From a virus (Duplodnaviria > Heunggongvirae > Uroviricota > Caudoviricetes): 64,000 bases of DNA. The stretch lies in the IMG/VR virus record IMGVR_UViG_3300026382_000001. One strand, 5' to 3'. Below are positions 1 through 9,548 of the stretch, piece after piece. Both the position numbers and the translations under genes were made by a program. The notes under the pieces are model-generated. The model worked only from the letters and a program-made list of their open reading frames with translations, made no database searches and had not been told where the DNA came from. Within the stretch, counting starts at the first letter, position 1. Each line of letters begins with the position of its first letter.

Positions 1-108
1 ATTAATTTCCGAATCTGTATTTACTAATGGTCCCAAAGAGATTTTTTTAATTTCTTCTAAAAAACCATTTACCAATTTACGTTTTTGTTGTATCATTTGA
101 TTTGCCAT
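1..108 (-). CDS. 5' part of a hypothetical protein running off the window edge
   Basis: ATG at 108 with AAAGGA RBS; open frame MANQMIQQKRK... to position 1. Confidence 0.6.
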   Translation of the reverse strand, partial: MANQMIQQKRKLVNGFLEEIKKISLGPLVNTDSEIN

Positions 109-130
109 TTAATTTCCTTTTACTTATTTT

Positions 131-556
131 CTACCACGAACTAAAAGTATCGTTTAGTGCCTCCGTTTGAGGAGAAGCTGCTGGAATACCAGTTGATACA
201 GGTTGAGCGTTTTGAGCAGGTTGTTGCATCATCGAACCTTGAGAAGCTAGTGATTCTGCTTCCTGCAATTCTTCTCTAATTTCTTCTGGAGCTTTTACTT
301 TAAAAAATGATCCATAAAGAGGATCATTTTTAAGATTTTTAATACTAAGAATTACAAACGCATTTCTTAATTCTGGAGAAATACTATCTATAATTTCTTT
401 AGTTTCTCCATCCGCTTCTAAAGTATATCTAGTTCCAGAAAGAGATGGAACTATCGTATTGAATTTATCTTCTGGTTGTTCATAAGCGATTGTTTGTTGT
501 GTTTGTTGAACCTGTTGAGGTCGTTGAGGTGGATTTTCATAACCTTGAGCTATCAT
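131..556 (-). CDS. Putative ParR-like adaptor / ribbon-helix-helix protein
   Basis: Directly downstream of the actin-like gene; strand-helix-helix-like core TRYTLEADGETKEIIDSISPELRNAFVILSIK with Q/P-rich flexible ends. Confidence 0.45.
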   Translation of the reverse strand: MIAQGYENPPQRPQQVQQTQQTIAYEQPEDKFNTIVPSLSGTRYTLEADGETKEIIDSISPELRNAFVILSIKNLKNDPLYGSFFKVKAPEEIREELQEAESLASQGSMMQQPAQNAQPVSTGIPAASPQTEALNDTFSSW

Positions 557-594
557 ATTTTTTCCTTATTTAATAATTATTAGAAGTTTTTGGA

Positions 595-1647
595 TTATGC
601 CAGCATAAATCCTCTGATATTTGAGTAAAGTCTTTCTGGTTCTACAAAATCTACATTTGGTGGAAATGTCGTACCATATAATAAGTTAGCGCCACCACCA
701 GCAAATATTACTTTTTCAGAAGTACTTAATAATTTTCTTTCACGTACCAAAATACTATTTTTTAGTTTTTTAAGAAAGTTATTTTTTAATTCAAAAATAA
801 TGGCTTTTACTTTTTCTTGATCTACCCCATTATAAATAAATTTATTTTTTAGGAATATTTGTAAAGCTTCTGCATCCGAGAAGGACATACCATATTCATT
901 TTCTAAGAAATCGGAAAATGATTTAATAATAGAACTTACTCCATGACCTGGAAAACTTCTAGAATTATTTCTTTGTGGAACACCATTATCAAAATAAAGA
1001 ACATTGATAGTATTATATCCAATATCAAGAAGCATTGCTGTATCTGGATGAGGAATCTGTTTAGTACTAATATAATCTATATACGCACCAGCACCCTGAG
1101 GAATAATTTTAATATTATTAAATTTAAATATTCTGCCATCTACTTCAAATTCAGATAAACGTTTGACGTATTCATCTTTATTTTTCCAATCAGCTAACGA
1201 TAAACCAACCCGAAGTTCAATATGAGTTTGATCTTCTTGATTAAAATTAATAGCTTTTAATTTAAAAAGAATACTAAAAAGAATAAGTGGATCATATTTA
1301 TGTTTAAAATTGTAATCAAGAGTACTAAATGATTCTTGAACATTTTCTCCTACTAAAAGATCTTCGTTTTCATAAATAAACGAAGAATTTGTACCATAAC
1401 TCAATCCTGTATCAATATTAAAATTAATTGCGGTTGGTTCGGTACTTAAATTTCCTAAAAAACTTATTTTACTAGAACTATAACCAAGATCAACCCCAAT
1501 TGGAGTAATTACCTTTGGATCAATACTCATAGCATAATCTTGATATTTATCATAGTTTATTTTTCTTGCTGGTTGAGCAGGACTTGTTTGTTTTTGTACC
1601 TTAACTGGTTCGCCAGTCATTGGTGCAGCAGATGCTTTTTTAGCCAT
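595..1647 (-). CDS. parM: ParM/StbA-family actin-like ATPase
   Basis: Actin-fold motifs: GVDLGYSSSK (phosphate 1), IIPQGAGA (connect 1), LLDIGYNTIN (phosphate 2), FAGGGA (adenosine), SNIRGF (connect 2). Confidence 0.88.
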   Translation of the reverse strand: MAKKASAAPMTGEPVKVQKQTSPAQPARKINYDKYQDYAMSIDPKVITPIGVDLGYSSSKISFLGNLSTEPTAINFNIDTGLSYGTNSSFIYENEDLLVGENVQESFSTLDYNFKHKYDPLILFSILFKLKAINFNQEDQTHIELRVGLSLADWKNKDEYVKRLSEFEVDGRIFKFNNIKIIPQGAGAYIDYISTKQIPHPDTAMLLDIGYNTINVLYFDNGVPQRNNSRSFPGHGVSSIIKSFSDFLENEYGMSFSDAEALQIFLKNKFIYNGVDQEKVKAIIFELKNNFLKKLKNSILVRERKLLSTSEKVIFAGGGANLLYGTTFPPNVDFVEPERLYSNIRGFMLA

Positions 1648-1796
1648 TTTGTCTCCTTTAAAATACTTTTAGATACTTATAATATCTAAAAGGTAATTGT
1701 GGTAAAATATATAATAAATTAATATATTTATTATTAGAATAAACTCCATTCATATAACCAATCGAAGTAATAGTGAACCATTTTATATCATTGTAT

Positions 1797-2447
1797 CTAT
1801 CTTTTATTGACATATGTTCTCCTTTTCAATCTCTTTGGAATTTTATTTAAATTCTTAAATATATCTATATCAACTATATGAAAGTTCTCACGATAAGAAT
1901 ATAAAAAAGATTGAAATTCACCGAATGTAAAATAATCATCATTCTTACTATATTCGTATACTAAATATAATATTTTTTTTAATTTTTCTATATGTTTAAT
2001 ATCATTCTGATATATAAAAGAAATTAATGGATAATTTTTATTCGAATCTAATATATCCAATTGTATATTTAAAAAATATTCTAATTTTGTAAGGTTAACA
2101 GTTTCTTCATTTAGATATAATGCTCTGTTAATAATATTTAAATATCGGATATATAATTTTTTTTCGAAGGAGTTTAATTCCTTTTCAGTTACGCCTTTTG
2201 TTGGTAAATCATGTTTATTTACTCCTTGATATGAATCAACGTAAATATCTAATAATTTTCTTTCTTCTTCGGAAATAACTTTAAATGTCATATAAACATA
2301 TAAATCTTTAGTAAATGTATATAAATCATTTTTTAAATTTTCTTTTTTATTCATTAATGAAGCATTAAATAACCATTTTTGAATAAAATTAATATTTAAA
2401 AATTTCAAACATATTACTATTTTTAAGAATTGATATCCTTGGTACAT
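1797..2447 (-). CDS. Hypothetical protein (start uncertain)
   Basis: 216-aa ORF in a co-directional run. Confidence 0.55.
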   Translation of the reverse strand: MYQGYQFLKIVICLKFLNINFIQKWLFNASLMNKKENLKNDLYTFTKDLYVYMTFKVISEEERKLLDIYVDSYQGVNKHDLPTKGVTEKELNSFEKKLYIRYLNIINRALYLNEETVNLTKLEYFLNIQLDILDSNKNYPLISFIYQNDIKHIEKLKKILYLVYEYSKNDDYFTFGEFQSFLYSYRENFHIVDIDIFKNLNKIPKRLKRRTYVNKR

Positions 2448-2611
2448 GATTTTCCTTTGATTTTAATATAAAATTCTTTTAATTTTTTAAAAGAGTATTT
2501 AAAAAATACTCCAACGTAACCTATTTCCATTATTTCCAATTCTTTTTTAGAAATTCCGCCACATTGATAGTCGTAGTCTTCTGGAGTATATTTTTTAATG
2601 TTTTCGATCAT
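2423..2611 (-). CDS. Hypothetical protein
   Basis: 62-aa ORF abutting the helicase stop, with RBS. Confidence 0.55.
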   Translation of the reverse strand: MIENIKKYTPEDYDYQCGGISKKELEIMEIGYVGVFFKYSFKKLKEFYIKIKGKSCTKDINS

Positions 2612-4366
2612 TTAAAATCCTTTATATTCAAATTCAGATTCATCAAACTCACTCGTAATATTATTTTTTAAAATCATATTTGCGTTTGGTTGATATTTTA
2701 AAAAGGTACTAGTAAAAAAGAACTGCACTAACGGAAATTGTTTATTTTCAGCTACCCTTACGATCCTACCAATACTTTGGAGAACAGTAACCTTTCCAAT
2801 AATAGGACTACCAAAAATAATATGGCTGAGATCTTCTTTATCAAACCCAGCGCTTAATAAACCATAATTAGATACAAGAACTTTACTAGACTTAATCTTT
2901 TGTTCGTAAATCTCTAACGCATGTTCTAAATTTTGAGCCTGCTCTTCTTTCACAGTTACCGAACGTTCTTTATATAATTCATTTGCTTCTTTTCTTTTGA
3001 TTTCTTTATCTTTTACTCGTTGATTTAATATTTCTTTATATGTTTTAAGTTCCGCTCTAAGTTCTCTGTTTTTAGTTTTAGCTAAATTCTGGGAATCTAT
3101 TTTAGAGTTTCCTATAAGTTTTAAAGGTTTTTCATCTTCTGGTAAATTCGCGTATTCTTCTTCAGTGAATTGATTTATATATCGTTCTATAAATTTATCA
3201 ATCATTTTAATAGTAGTAAAAAGAATAACTGACACATGCCCAAGACTTCGTTGATACTTAGTCCATTTAGCTAGATAATCAAAATAAAAATCTCTATTAT
3301 AAAGAAACATATTATAAAAAGTTAGAAATTTAATATAATCATTTTTTGCAGCCCATCCAAGAGTTTGTATCTCTTTCTTAGAAAATTCTAAAGGAGTATT
3401 TTCTTCTGAGTTTAAATTAAATATTTCTATTTTTGGGTGATAGTTTTTATGATCTGATTTAAAGATTACGTCACCAATACTATTTTGTAAGAGAAAATCT
3501 GATAGTCCTCTTCTATATGGAGTTGCGGTCAATCCTAAAACATTATTAGTTTTAAAAACGCTTGATACTTTCCCATATCCCTGTGCTCCAGAACCATGTG
3601 CCTCATCAAATATAAATAAATCAATATCCTCGTAAATTTTATATAATTCGTTATATGGAATTCTTTTTAATTGAGAAAGAATAGATTGAACTTTAGCTAT
3701 AATTACTTTAGAATTTTTAATACCATTTATAATTGTTTCTGGATCTGAACCTTCCAAACAATATATGTCTCCATCAGAAAGATCTGAAAATCCTAAGAAA
3801 GCATCCTTCCATTGTTTAACTAAAATATCTTTTGGTACAATAATAATAGGTTTCCGAAAATTTAATAAATGGATTAAATGAACCGCTAGAACGGTTTTAC
3901 CAAATCCAGGAGTAGCTTGAATAATACCATTAAATAATTCATTTTTATTATAACGAAGTTCTTCAAGTATTTCAAAAGCTGGTATTTGCTCATCCCGAGG
4001 AATTATTTTAGATTGATAAATTCTTGGTTTTTGATTAATAACTTCTTTATCGTAATCTTTAATTTCTTTTTGAAATTGTTTTAATTTAGGTTCTAAATCC
4101 AAATAAGCATTTAAATCTTTTAATTTTTCAATATTTCTAATCCAGAAGAATTTTGGTACCAGTACCCAATCAGGAACAATTACTTCAAATTCTTCAATCT
4201 TTTGCATATCTAAGTACTTGAGATTTTTATCATAACAGTTTACTAATAAATTAACTTCATCTGAATTAAAATTTTGAATACCTCTTGATATATCAGCTCT
4301 ATTTAAAATATCTAACCATACTTGATACGGAATAAAATTTTGATATGATATTTCGGTTTCTTCCAT
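2612..4366 (-). CDS. Superfamily 2 DEAH-box helicase (UvsW/Rad25-like)
   Basis: ATPGFGKT (Walker A), FDEAH, LTAT, GFD, QSIGRIVR motifs. Confidence 0.9.
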   Translation of the reverse strand: MEETEISYQNFIPYQVWLDILNRADISRGIQNFNSDEVNLLVNCYDKNLKYLDMQKIEEFEVIVPDWVLVPKFFWIRNIEKLKDLNAYLDLEPKLKQFQKEIKDYDKEVINQKPRIYQSKIIPRDEQIPAFEILEELRYNKNELFNGIIQATPGFGKTVLAVHLIHLLNFRKPIIIVPKDILVKQWKDAFLGFSDLSDGDIYCLEGSDPETIINGIKNSKVIIAKVQSILSQLKRIPYNELYKIYEDIDLFIFDEAHGSGAQGYGKVSSVFKTNNVLGLTATPYRRGLSDFLLQNSIGDVIFKSDHKNYHPKIEIFNLNSEENTPLEFSKKEIQTLGWAAKNDYIKFLTFYNMFLYNRDFYFDYLAKWTKYQRSLGHVSVILFTTIKMIDKFIERYINQFTEEEYANLPEDEKPLKLIGNSKIDSQNLAKTKNRELRAELKTYKEILNQRVKDKEIKRKEANELYKERSVTVKEEQAQNLEHALEIYEQKIKSSKVLVSNYGLLSAGFDKEDLSHIIFGSPIIGKVTVLQSIGRIVRVAENKQFPLVQFFFTSTFLKYQPNANMILKNNITSEFDESEFEYKGF

Positions 4367-4436
4367 ATCTTCTCCTTTATGTTTCTTTAGTGATATGTCT
4401 TATTATATCTATATAATCTTTATGTAGATACTTAGT

Positions 4437-4665
4437 TAACTATTCATAGTGTGTGGTATTGATAGTTAACTATCAATAGTTGTTCGTTTTTAAAATATCC
4501 TAGCTAACAGATTTTAAAATAAACTTAAAATCAAAAACCAAGTCCCCTATTTTCCAGTGTTATAAAGGATTGAAAATTTAACTATTTCTTAAATTTTAAG
4601 TTTTAAATTTTTTGTCTTTTTGAAATAACTGGCTATAGTATGTTAGTTGACACTATCCATAGTTA
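4437..4665 (+). repeat. 229-bp intergenic repeat, copy A, with imperfect 15-bp terminal inverted repeats
   Basis: Near-identical to 38160-38388 and to the reverse complement of 50187-50398; ends TAACTATTCATAGTG / CACTATCCATAGTTA. Confidence 0.93.
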
Positions 4666-4691
4666 ACTATTAATAAAAACTCGTAATAAAA

Positions 4692-4731
4692 TACTTTAAA
4701 ATAAGTTATTTTTTATATAGATATCTTATAA
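4692..4731 (+). promoter_or_regulatory. Phage promoter TACTTTAAAATAA-N11-TATAGATATCTTATAA (probably early)
   Basis: Five copies with identical boxes and spacing, each upstream of + strand small genes. Confidence 0.85.
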
Positions 4732-4774
4732 ACAGTAAGGAGTTGAATCATCCGTTGGATGGTTTATTTTTTAT

Positions 4775-4828
4775 AGCATAATCCTAATGCTGGATATACC
4801 CCTTTGAACAAGGGAAGAAGGATTCAAA
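4775..4828 (+). promoter_or_regulatory. Conserved two-hairpin 5' leader motif, copy 1
   Basis: AGCAT-AATCCTA-ATGCT and CCCTT-TGAAC-AAGGG hairpins, then AAGAAGG RBS; covaries with three other copies. Confidence 0.7.
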
Positions 4829-5074
4829 ATGAAAGATTTAAATATTGAAATAGTAGCAATGAATGAAGATACAGGTGATTACGAAGTTCATGTTTGCTGT
4901 TTATGTGATACTGAGTTTGAAGTAGGAAAGCATTTTTTAACAGGTGAAGAGGTGATAATATCTCCATGTATGTGTTATAATTGTGAAGAAGGGTATACTG
5001 AAGATGAAACATATGATATTGTTGACAAAATCGACGTTGTTTGTGACGTTTATTATACTCGTTGTCGAATATGA
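4829..5074 (+). CDS. Small acidic Cys-rich protein (possible zinc ribbon)
   Basis: CCLC...CYNC pairs; follows promoter and leader motif. Confidence 0.7.
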   Translation: MKDLNIEIVAMNEDTGDYEVHVCCLCDTEFEVGKHFLTGEEVIISPCMCYNCEEGYTEDETYDIVDKIDVVCDVYYTRCRI

Positions 5075-5199
5075 GTAAATAAATCAAATAGCTGAAGAGC
5101 TTTAATGCTTCGTCTAGCTGGACGTTAAACGAAGCGTTTTTGTTGCTCGAGAACGAGCTTATTATAAGTTAATAGACTTATTTCGAAAAGGAGATAAAA

Positions 5200-5553
5200 A
5201 TGAAAGTAAAATGGATAAACGATAGTGAAGTAGAAAAATCTTTGTATTTAACAACGGTTGTAATTAGCTCTAAAAGAGCTGGTCACTGTATGCAAGCTTT
5301 AGCAAGAATCCAAGAACTAGCTAAAGCTAGTGGGAGGATTATTGCTTTCACAAAACTATATGATGATGTTTACTTGGATCGTTTTGGGAAGTTTCCTAAA
5401 GGAATTTCTCCAAATAAAGGTTCTGGAAGATTTCATCAGTTTGTATTAAAGTCTAATTATACTTTGGAAGAGTTAAAGGTGATCCTAGATCCATTAAACT
5501 TTCCGGATTACAGTTACTATAGTGAGTTGTCTATAGTACCAATTAGTCTTTAA
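5200..5553 (+). CDS. Hypothetical protein
   Basis: AAGGAG RBS; followed by terminator. Confidence 0.75.
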   Translation: MKVKWINDSEVEKSLYLTTVVISSKRAGHCMQALARIQELAKASGRIIAFTKLYDDVYLDRFGKFPKGISPNKGSGRFHQFVLKSNYTLEELKVILDPLNFPDYSYYSELSIVPISL

Positions 5554-5557
5554 TTCT

Positions 5558-5582
5558 GAAGCTCTTCGGAGCTTCTTTATTT
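5558..5582 (+). terminator. Intrinsic terminator
   Basis: GAAGCTC-TTCG-GAGCTTC hairpin followed by T-rich tail. Confidence 0.8.
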
Positions 5583-5610
5583 ATAAATTTAAATTTAAAA
5601 AGGATAAAAA

Positions 5611-6093
5611 ATGGAGAATCATTTTGGTAAAGAAGAAAAGTTAGTACTTGTTTTATTTTCTCTTCTTAGTGTTTTGGGTTTGGATATTTACGTTCATGAA
5701 ATTCCTAAAAATGTAATTATCTTTTTAAGCGTAATTACTATGTTTTCGTTATATGATTTAAGTAAATTAGATCATTTTAAAAAAATGGGTTTAATTGCAT
5801 TAAGTGCGAGTACTTCTTTAGGTTTTGCTATAGTATGGGTTATTGGAGAAATTATCAATAACGAAATACAGGATTATAAAAAACATAAAAAAGAATTAGA
5901 GTATAAAGAACATTTAGAATCTTTAGCTAAAATTCTTCCTTATAATGGATATATTTTTAGATTAACTTCTAATTATAACTTACGAAGTTATAAAAAAGAT
6001 AATCCAAAATACAAACAAGAATCCGATAAGGATTATAAAAATAGAATTAAATTAGCTAAAAAAGAAGCTAAAGAAATTTTTAAAATAAAGTAA
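5611..6093 (+). CDS. Membrane protein
   Basis: Three hydrophobic N-terminal segments; RBS. Confidence 0.75.
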   Translation: MENHFGKEEKLVLVLFSLLSVLGLDIYVHEIPKNVIIFLSVITMFSLYDLSKLDHFKKMGLIALSASTSLGFAIVWVIGEIINNEIQDYKKHKKELEYKEHLESLAKILPYNGYIFRLTSNYNLRSYKKDNPKYKQESDKDYKNRIKLAKKEAKEIFKIK

Positions 6094-6109
6094 AATAACT
6101 ACGTTATTT

Positions 6110-6149
6110 TACTTTAAAATAACGTATTCTAAGTATAGATATCTTATAA
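6110..6149 (+). promoter_or_regulatory. Phage promoter (same consensus as 4692)
   Basis: TACTTTAAAATAA-N11-TATAGATATCTTATAA. Confidence 0.85.
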
Positions 6150-6246
6150 ACAGAGAGATATAATTAACATGCAATTGTTAAATATCTTTTATTAAATTTA
6201 TAGTTTTCTATGGATTTGGTAAGGGATATCTATATTATTTCTAAGG

Positions 6247-6324
6247 TGCTAGAAATAGCTTTTAGTATAACTCTAATACTGAGTTAATTAATACCTCCGA
6301 TAATGGAGAAGAAAGGTTATTATG
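6247..6324 (+). repeat. 78-bp leader repeat (leader motif copy 2)
   Basis: Near-identical direct repeat of 6958-7035. Confidence 0.85.
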
Positions 6325-6789
6325 AAAAGAATTAACCATATTATAGAGAACTTTGTTCTCTGGTTGGTAGTTAGTGTTGTAATTATTCTCGGAATTGCTT
6401 TTACATTCCGTTCGTATGGAATGATCAATTATGATCTCTTTATGGATGTAGTAAATGCTAGTATGTTTTTACTAGCAATGACAGTAATTCCATTAGTAAG
6501 AATGGGATTGGAACTTTGGCCATACCGTCCAGAAGTTCTCAGAGTGTGGGCAGCTTTGGTTTCGATTATATTAATATGGGTAGCAATAGTGCATCCATAC
6601 CTAGTAATAGTAGTAATTGCTTTAACATTATCTGTAGTATTACAGTTAATGATTTTATCATCTCTGTTCCGTAGTACAACAATAAGACCATTAATTAAAT
6701 ACTTATTGTTAGTACTTTCCTTACTGTTTACACCGGTATATTTATCTTGGGCTATTTATGAAGCGTGGGTAACCCGTCCTTATAAATAA
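6322..6789 (+). CDS. Polytopic membrane protein
   Basis: Four to five hydrophobic helices. Confidence 0.8.
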   Translation: MKRINHIIENFVLWLVVSVVIILGIAFTFRSYGMINYDLFMDVVNASMFLLAMTVIPLVRMGLELWPYRPEVLRVWAALVSIILIWVAIVHPYLVIVVIALTLSVVLQLMILSSLFRSTTIRPLIKYLLLVLSLLFTPVYLSWAIYEAWVTRPYK

Positions 6790-6791
6790 TC

Positions 6792-6945
6792 CCAGCGGTG
6801 GGAACCGCTATATAAATATCTACTACCTCGTAGCCTCCCGACGGGGAGGCCTTTAAACCTTAATAAAAGCTAACCTAAATGTTCGAGTCATCTAGATGAT
6901 GTGACTCTCAGATAAAAGAACGGTTAGCTTTTATTAGGGTTTTAG
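6792..6945 (+). ncRNA. Candidate structured RNA (three hairpins)
   Basis: AGCGGT/ACCGCT and GCCTCCC/GGGAGGC hairpins plus a 21-bp stem 6855-6875/6922-6942 enclosing GAGTCA/TGACTC. Confidence 0.45.
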
Positions 6946-6957
6946 TTTAACCCAAGT

Positions 6958-7035
6958 TGCTAGAAATAGCGTTTAGTATAACTCTAATACTGAGTTAATT
7001 ATTACCTCCGATAATGGAGAAGAAAGGTTATTATG
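6958..7035 (+). repeat. 78-bp leader repeat (leader motif copy 3)
   Basis: Near-identical direct repeat of 6247-6324. Confidence 0.85.
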
Positions 7036-7206
7036 GATATTTTAATTAATAGTGAAGAGGAAATAAAGGTTTGTAAAGCATTTATTGAACAATCTTTGGT
7101 TGCTGGATATTCAGTTAATATAGAATTTCTAGGTACTGATTCTAAAAAATTAGCAGATGCTTACGATTACTTAATTGACTTAGGTGATTGTATTCTCGGT
7201 TATTAA
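7033..7206 (+). CDS. 57-aa acidic protein (not in the ORF track)
   Basis: MDILINSEEEIKVC...DCILGY*; preceded by the conserved leader and RBS. Confidence 0.7.
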   Translation: MDILINSEEEIKVCKAFIEQSLVAGYSVNIEFLGTDSKKLADAYDYLIDLGDCILGY

Positions 7207-7289
7207 AATGGCAAGTTAGACTTCTCGTCCGTGATGACGTTAAACATCTTTTAAAAAATAAAAATAAAATACAATACAAAGGATAAGTT

Positions 7290-7586
7290 ATGAAAACTTT
7301 TCAAAAAATGTTAATGTTAGTAGGTATAGTAGTTGCTCTTATGAGCTTTAGTGGTTGTTCAAGTAAACAAGATATGGTTACACCAAGAGCATTTAACATG
7401 GGAGTTCAAGGAGAACAACATGCTACTAATTTTGGAGGTATACGTAAACTATGTACCGATGGAGTCATGTACATAGTTTCGTATAATGGCATGACGCCAG
7501 CAATCGATAGAAAAAATGGTCTGTTCATTTCATGTTCAGTTGACGAATATGGTCGAGTTATAGCACTCGGTACGTTTGGAAAATAA
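7290..7586 (+). CDS. Lipoprotein
   Basis: Signal peptide with lipobox FSG-C. Confidence 0.8.
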   Translation: MKTFQKMLMLVGIVVALMSFSGCSSKQDMVTPRAFNMGVQGEQHATNFGGIRKLCTDGVMYIVSYNGMTPAIDRKNGLFISCSVDEYGRVIALGTFGK

Positions 7587-7607
7587 GAACTTCGGTTCTT
7601 ATTTTTT
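7581..7607 (+). terminator. Intrinsic terminator
   Basis: AAATAAGAAC-TTCG-GTTCTTATTT followed by T run. Confidence 0.8.
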
Positions 7608-7644
7608 GCGTAAAAAAATATTTAAATTTAAAAAAGGATAATAA

Positions 7645-8241
7645 ATGATTAAGTTAGATTACGTTGCTCAAAATATTTTAAACAATATTATGCCTCATAC
7701 AGCGGATGGAATAACAGAAGGAAAAGCCATAATTATTAATTTTGATTATAGCTTTTCAGAATGGTTTCAAAATGGAGAAATTTCCAAAAACAAACAAAAA
7801 CTTTTACAAAAATCTTTTCCTGATTTAGAAATAACAGATGAAAATGTTTCTAAAAAATTATTTCTAAATTTTCTTTTTATAGATCGTGGTAACTATTATT
7901 CATGTTTCTTTAACGAAGGAAAGTATAAACCACAAGATACAATAGAAGAAAGTATTTGGGAATTTACAACTAATCACGATAGTTGTTGGAGAACTAATGC
8001 ATTTGAAAAAGCTAATCAAATGATTAGTAAAGTGCGTGATAATATTTCAAAACTTTCAAAAATTCAAAAATTGGAACATATAGATATTCCAAAACACGTT
8101 ATTCCAAATTTTTCAAATGTCGAAAATTCTGAGTTATTTGAATTTTTAGAATCTGAAACTAGCGAAGGTTATGAAAAAAATAATCATCTTTTCAATAGAA
8201 CTAAAGAAGGATTTTTCTTTAAAACAATTTTTGGAGGATAG
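7645..8241 (+). CDS. Hypothetical protein
   Basis: 198-aa ORF with RBS. Confidence 0.75.
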   Translation: MIKLDYVAQNILNNIMPHTADGITEGKAIIINFDYSFSEWFQNGEISKNKQKLLQKSFPDLEITDENVSKKLFLNFLFIDRGNYYSCFFNEGKYKPQDTIEESIWEFTTNHDSCWRTNAFEKANQMISKVRDNISKLSKIQKLEHIDIPKHVIPNFSNVENSELFEFLESETSEGYEKNNHLFNRTKEGFFFKTIFGG

Positions 8242-8242
8242 A

Positions 8243-8404
8243 ATGAAACGTTTAAAAAATAAAGTTAATAATTTTTTAGCTCTTAGAAAAGTTAAAAAGT
8301 TAGTAAAAGATTTAAATAAAAAAGGTGTATGTATTATGGAAATTAAGTACATACTAAAACATGGGTGTAGATACCCATGTAATATCAATAAAGAACTATT
8401 CTAA
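8243..8404 (+). CDS. Small basic protein (start moved to the ATG after GGAGG)
   Basis: RBS GGAGG before 8243. Confidence 0.55.
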   Translation: MKRLKNKVNNFLALRKVKKLVKDLNKKGVCIMEIKYILKHGCRYPCNINKELF

Positions 8405-8415
8405 AGGAGAATATT

Positions 8416-8940
8416 GTGGACAAATTAAATGTAATAAAAAGAAAAAAAATTATTGAAGATAATCTTAAATTAATTATCGAAACAGGTGAAACTTTAGAAG
8501 GTTTTCCATATAAAATTAGGATGGGTCCTACTGGATGCGTAAATGGTTATATTGGTATTCCTCCTGGTCATCCAGCTCTCGAGGATAAATATTGTATAGA
8601 AGTCGAATTAAAAGTTCACGGTGGAGTAACCTTTGAGCAATCTGGGAAATATCCAGAAGGTAAACTAATAATGAATTCACAGGGTAATATTAAAATGATT
8701 AATATTCCAGTTCTTTTTGAAGCTCCATACTATTGGGTTGGTTTCGATACTGCCCATCTCGGTGATGGTATTAATATAGAATTAGCTGAAAAGTATCATA
8801 CTAAAAAAAGTATGTTCTCATTAAAAATAATGGCAGATTCTTTTACTGGTAAAATTTGGCAACCAGATGATGTTTTAGAAGAAATTTTAAATATGTCCAA
8901 ACAATTAAAAGAATTAGAAAAGGAGGGGGAAGATGCATAA
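8416..8940 (+). CDS. Conserved-type phage protein (HGGxTF...WxGFDxAH family)
   Basis: Motifs NGYIG, VHGGVTF, WVGFDTAH. Confidence 0.75.
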   Translation: MDKLNVIKRKKIIEDNLKLIIETGETLEGFPYKIRMGPTGCVNGYIGIPPGHPALEDKYCIEVELKVHGGVTFEQSGKYPEGKLIMNSQGNIKMINIPVLFEAPYYWVGFDTAHLGDGINIELAEKYHTKKSMFSLKIMADSFTGKIWQPDDVLEEILNMSKQLKELEKEGEDA

Positions 8941-9211
8941 CGAGACAAAATGGTCAATAAATATTCAATGGCCAAGTTTAGGTAAATTATTATTCTTTAT
9001 TGGAATTTTAATGGTGATTCAATATACTCTAAATCAATTTAATATTGGCTTTGATAATTCGGATAATTCTATTGCTCACCAAAGAAGTAATTTAGTTATT
9101 TATACTGATTATAAAACCGGATGTCAATATTTACAAGGTGGTTTTTTTGGAGATAATATTACTCCAAGAATGGATGAAAATGGCAAACAAATTTGCCAAA
9201 AAAATAATTAA
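8933..9211 (+). CDS. Membrane-anchored small protein
   Basis: N-terminal TM helix; DYKTGCQYL...ITPRMDENGK motif. Confidence 0.7.
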   Translation: MHNETKWSINIQWPSLGKLLFFIGILMVIQYTLNQFNIGFDNSDNSIAHQRSNLVIYTDYKTGCQYLQGGFFGDNITPRMDENGKQICQKNN

Positions 9212-9227
9212 ATAAAAAGGAGGATTT

Positions 9228-9539
9228 ATGGGATTTTATATTAATCCAATAGATGGAAATAGTAAAGAGTACTGGTTAAATCATTACGGTACCCCAATTG
9301 AGGAACCAAAAAATTATAATTTTACTGGTAAATTCTTTCCAGTATGTTTAGTAGATAATGGGTTATTTACTGCTGCTGGAATAGTTTATGATCAAAGAGA
9401 ACTTGAATGTTTTTCGAATCCGGAAGATACTAGATTTAAGCAATGGTTCGAGGTAAATTTAGAATTTATTATCGATCCGGAAAGAGGTGCTTTAACTGGG
9501 GACGAGTTAAAAAATTTTTTAGAATATATTAAAAAATAA
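9228..9539 (+). CDS. Hypothetical phage protein
   Basis: Strong RBS AAGGAGG; PVCLVDNGLFTAAGI motif. Confidence 0.75.
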   Translation: MGFYINPIDGNSKEYWLNHYGTPIEEPKNYNFTGKFFPVCLVDNGLFTAAGIVYDQRELECFSNPEDTRFKQWFEVNLEFIIDPERGALTGDELKNFLEYIKK

Positions 9540-9548
9540 GGCTGATAA

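Noticed and set aside
5110-5175. Pistol ribozyme or preQ1 riboswitch
   Set aside because: Only the first stem and TTAAA tail match; the remaining conserved elements could not be found by eye.
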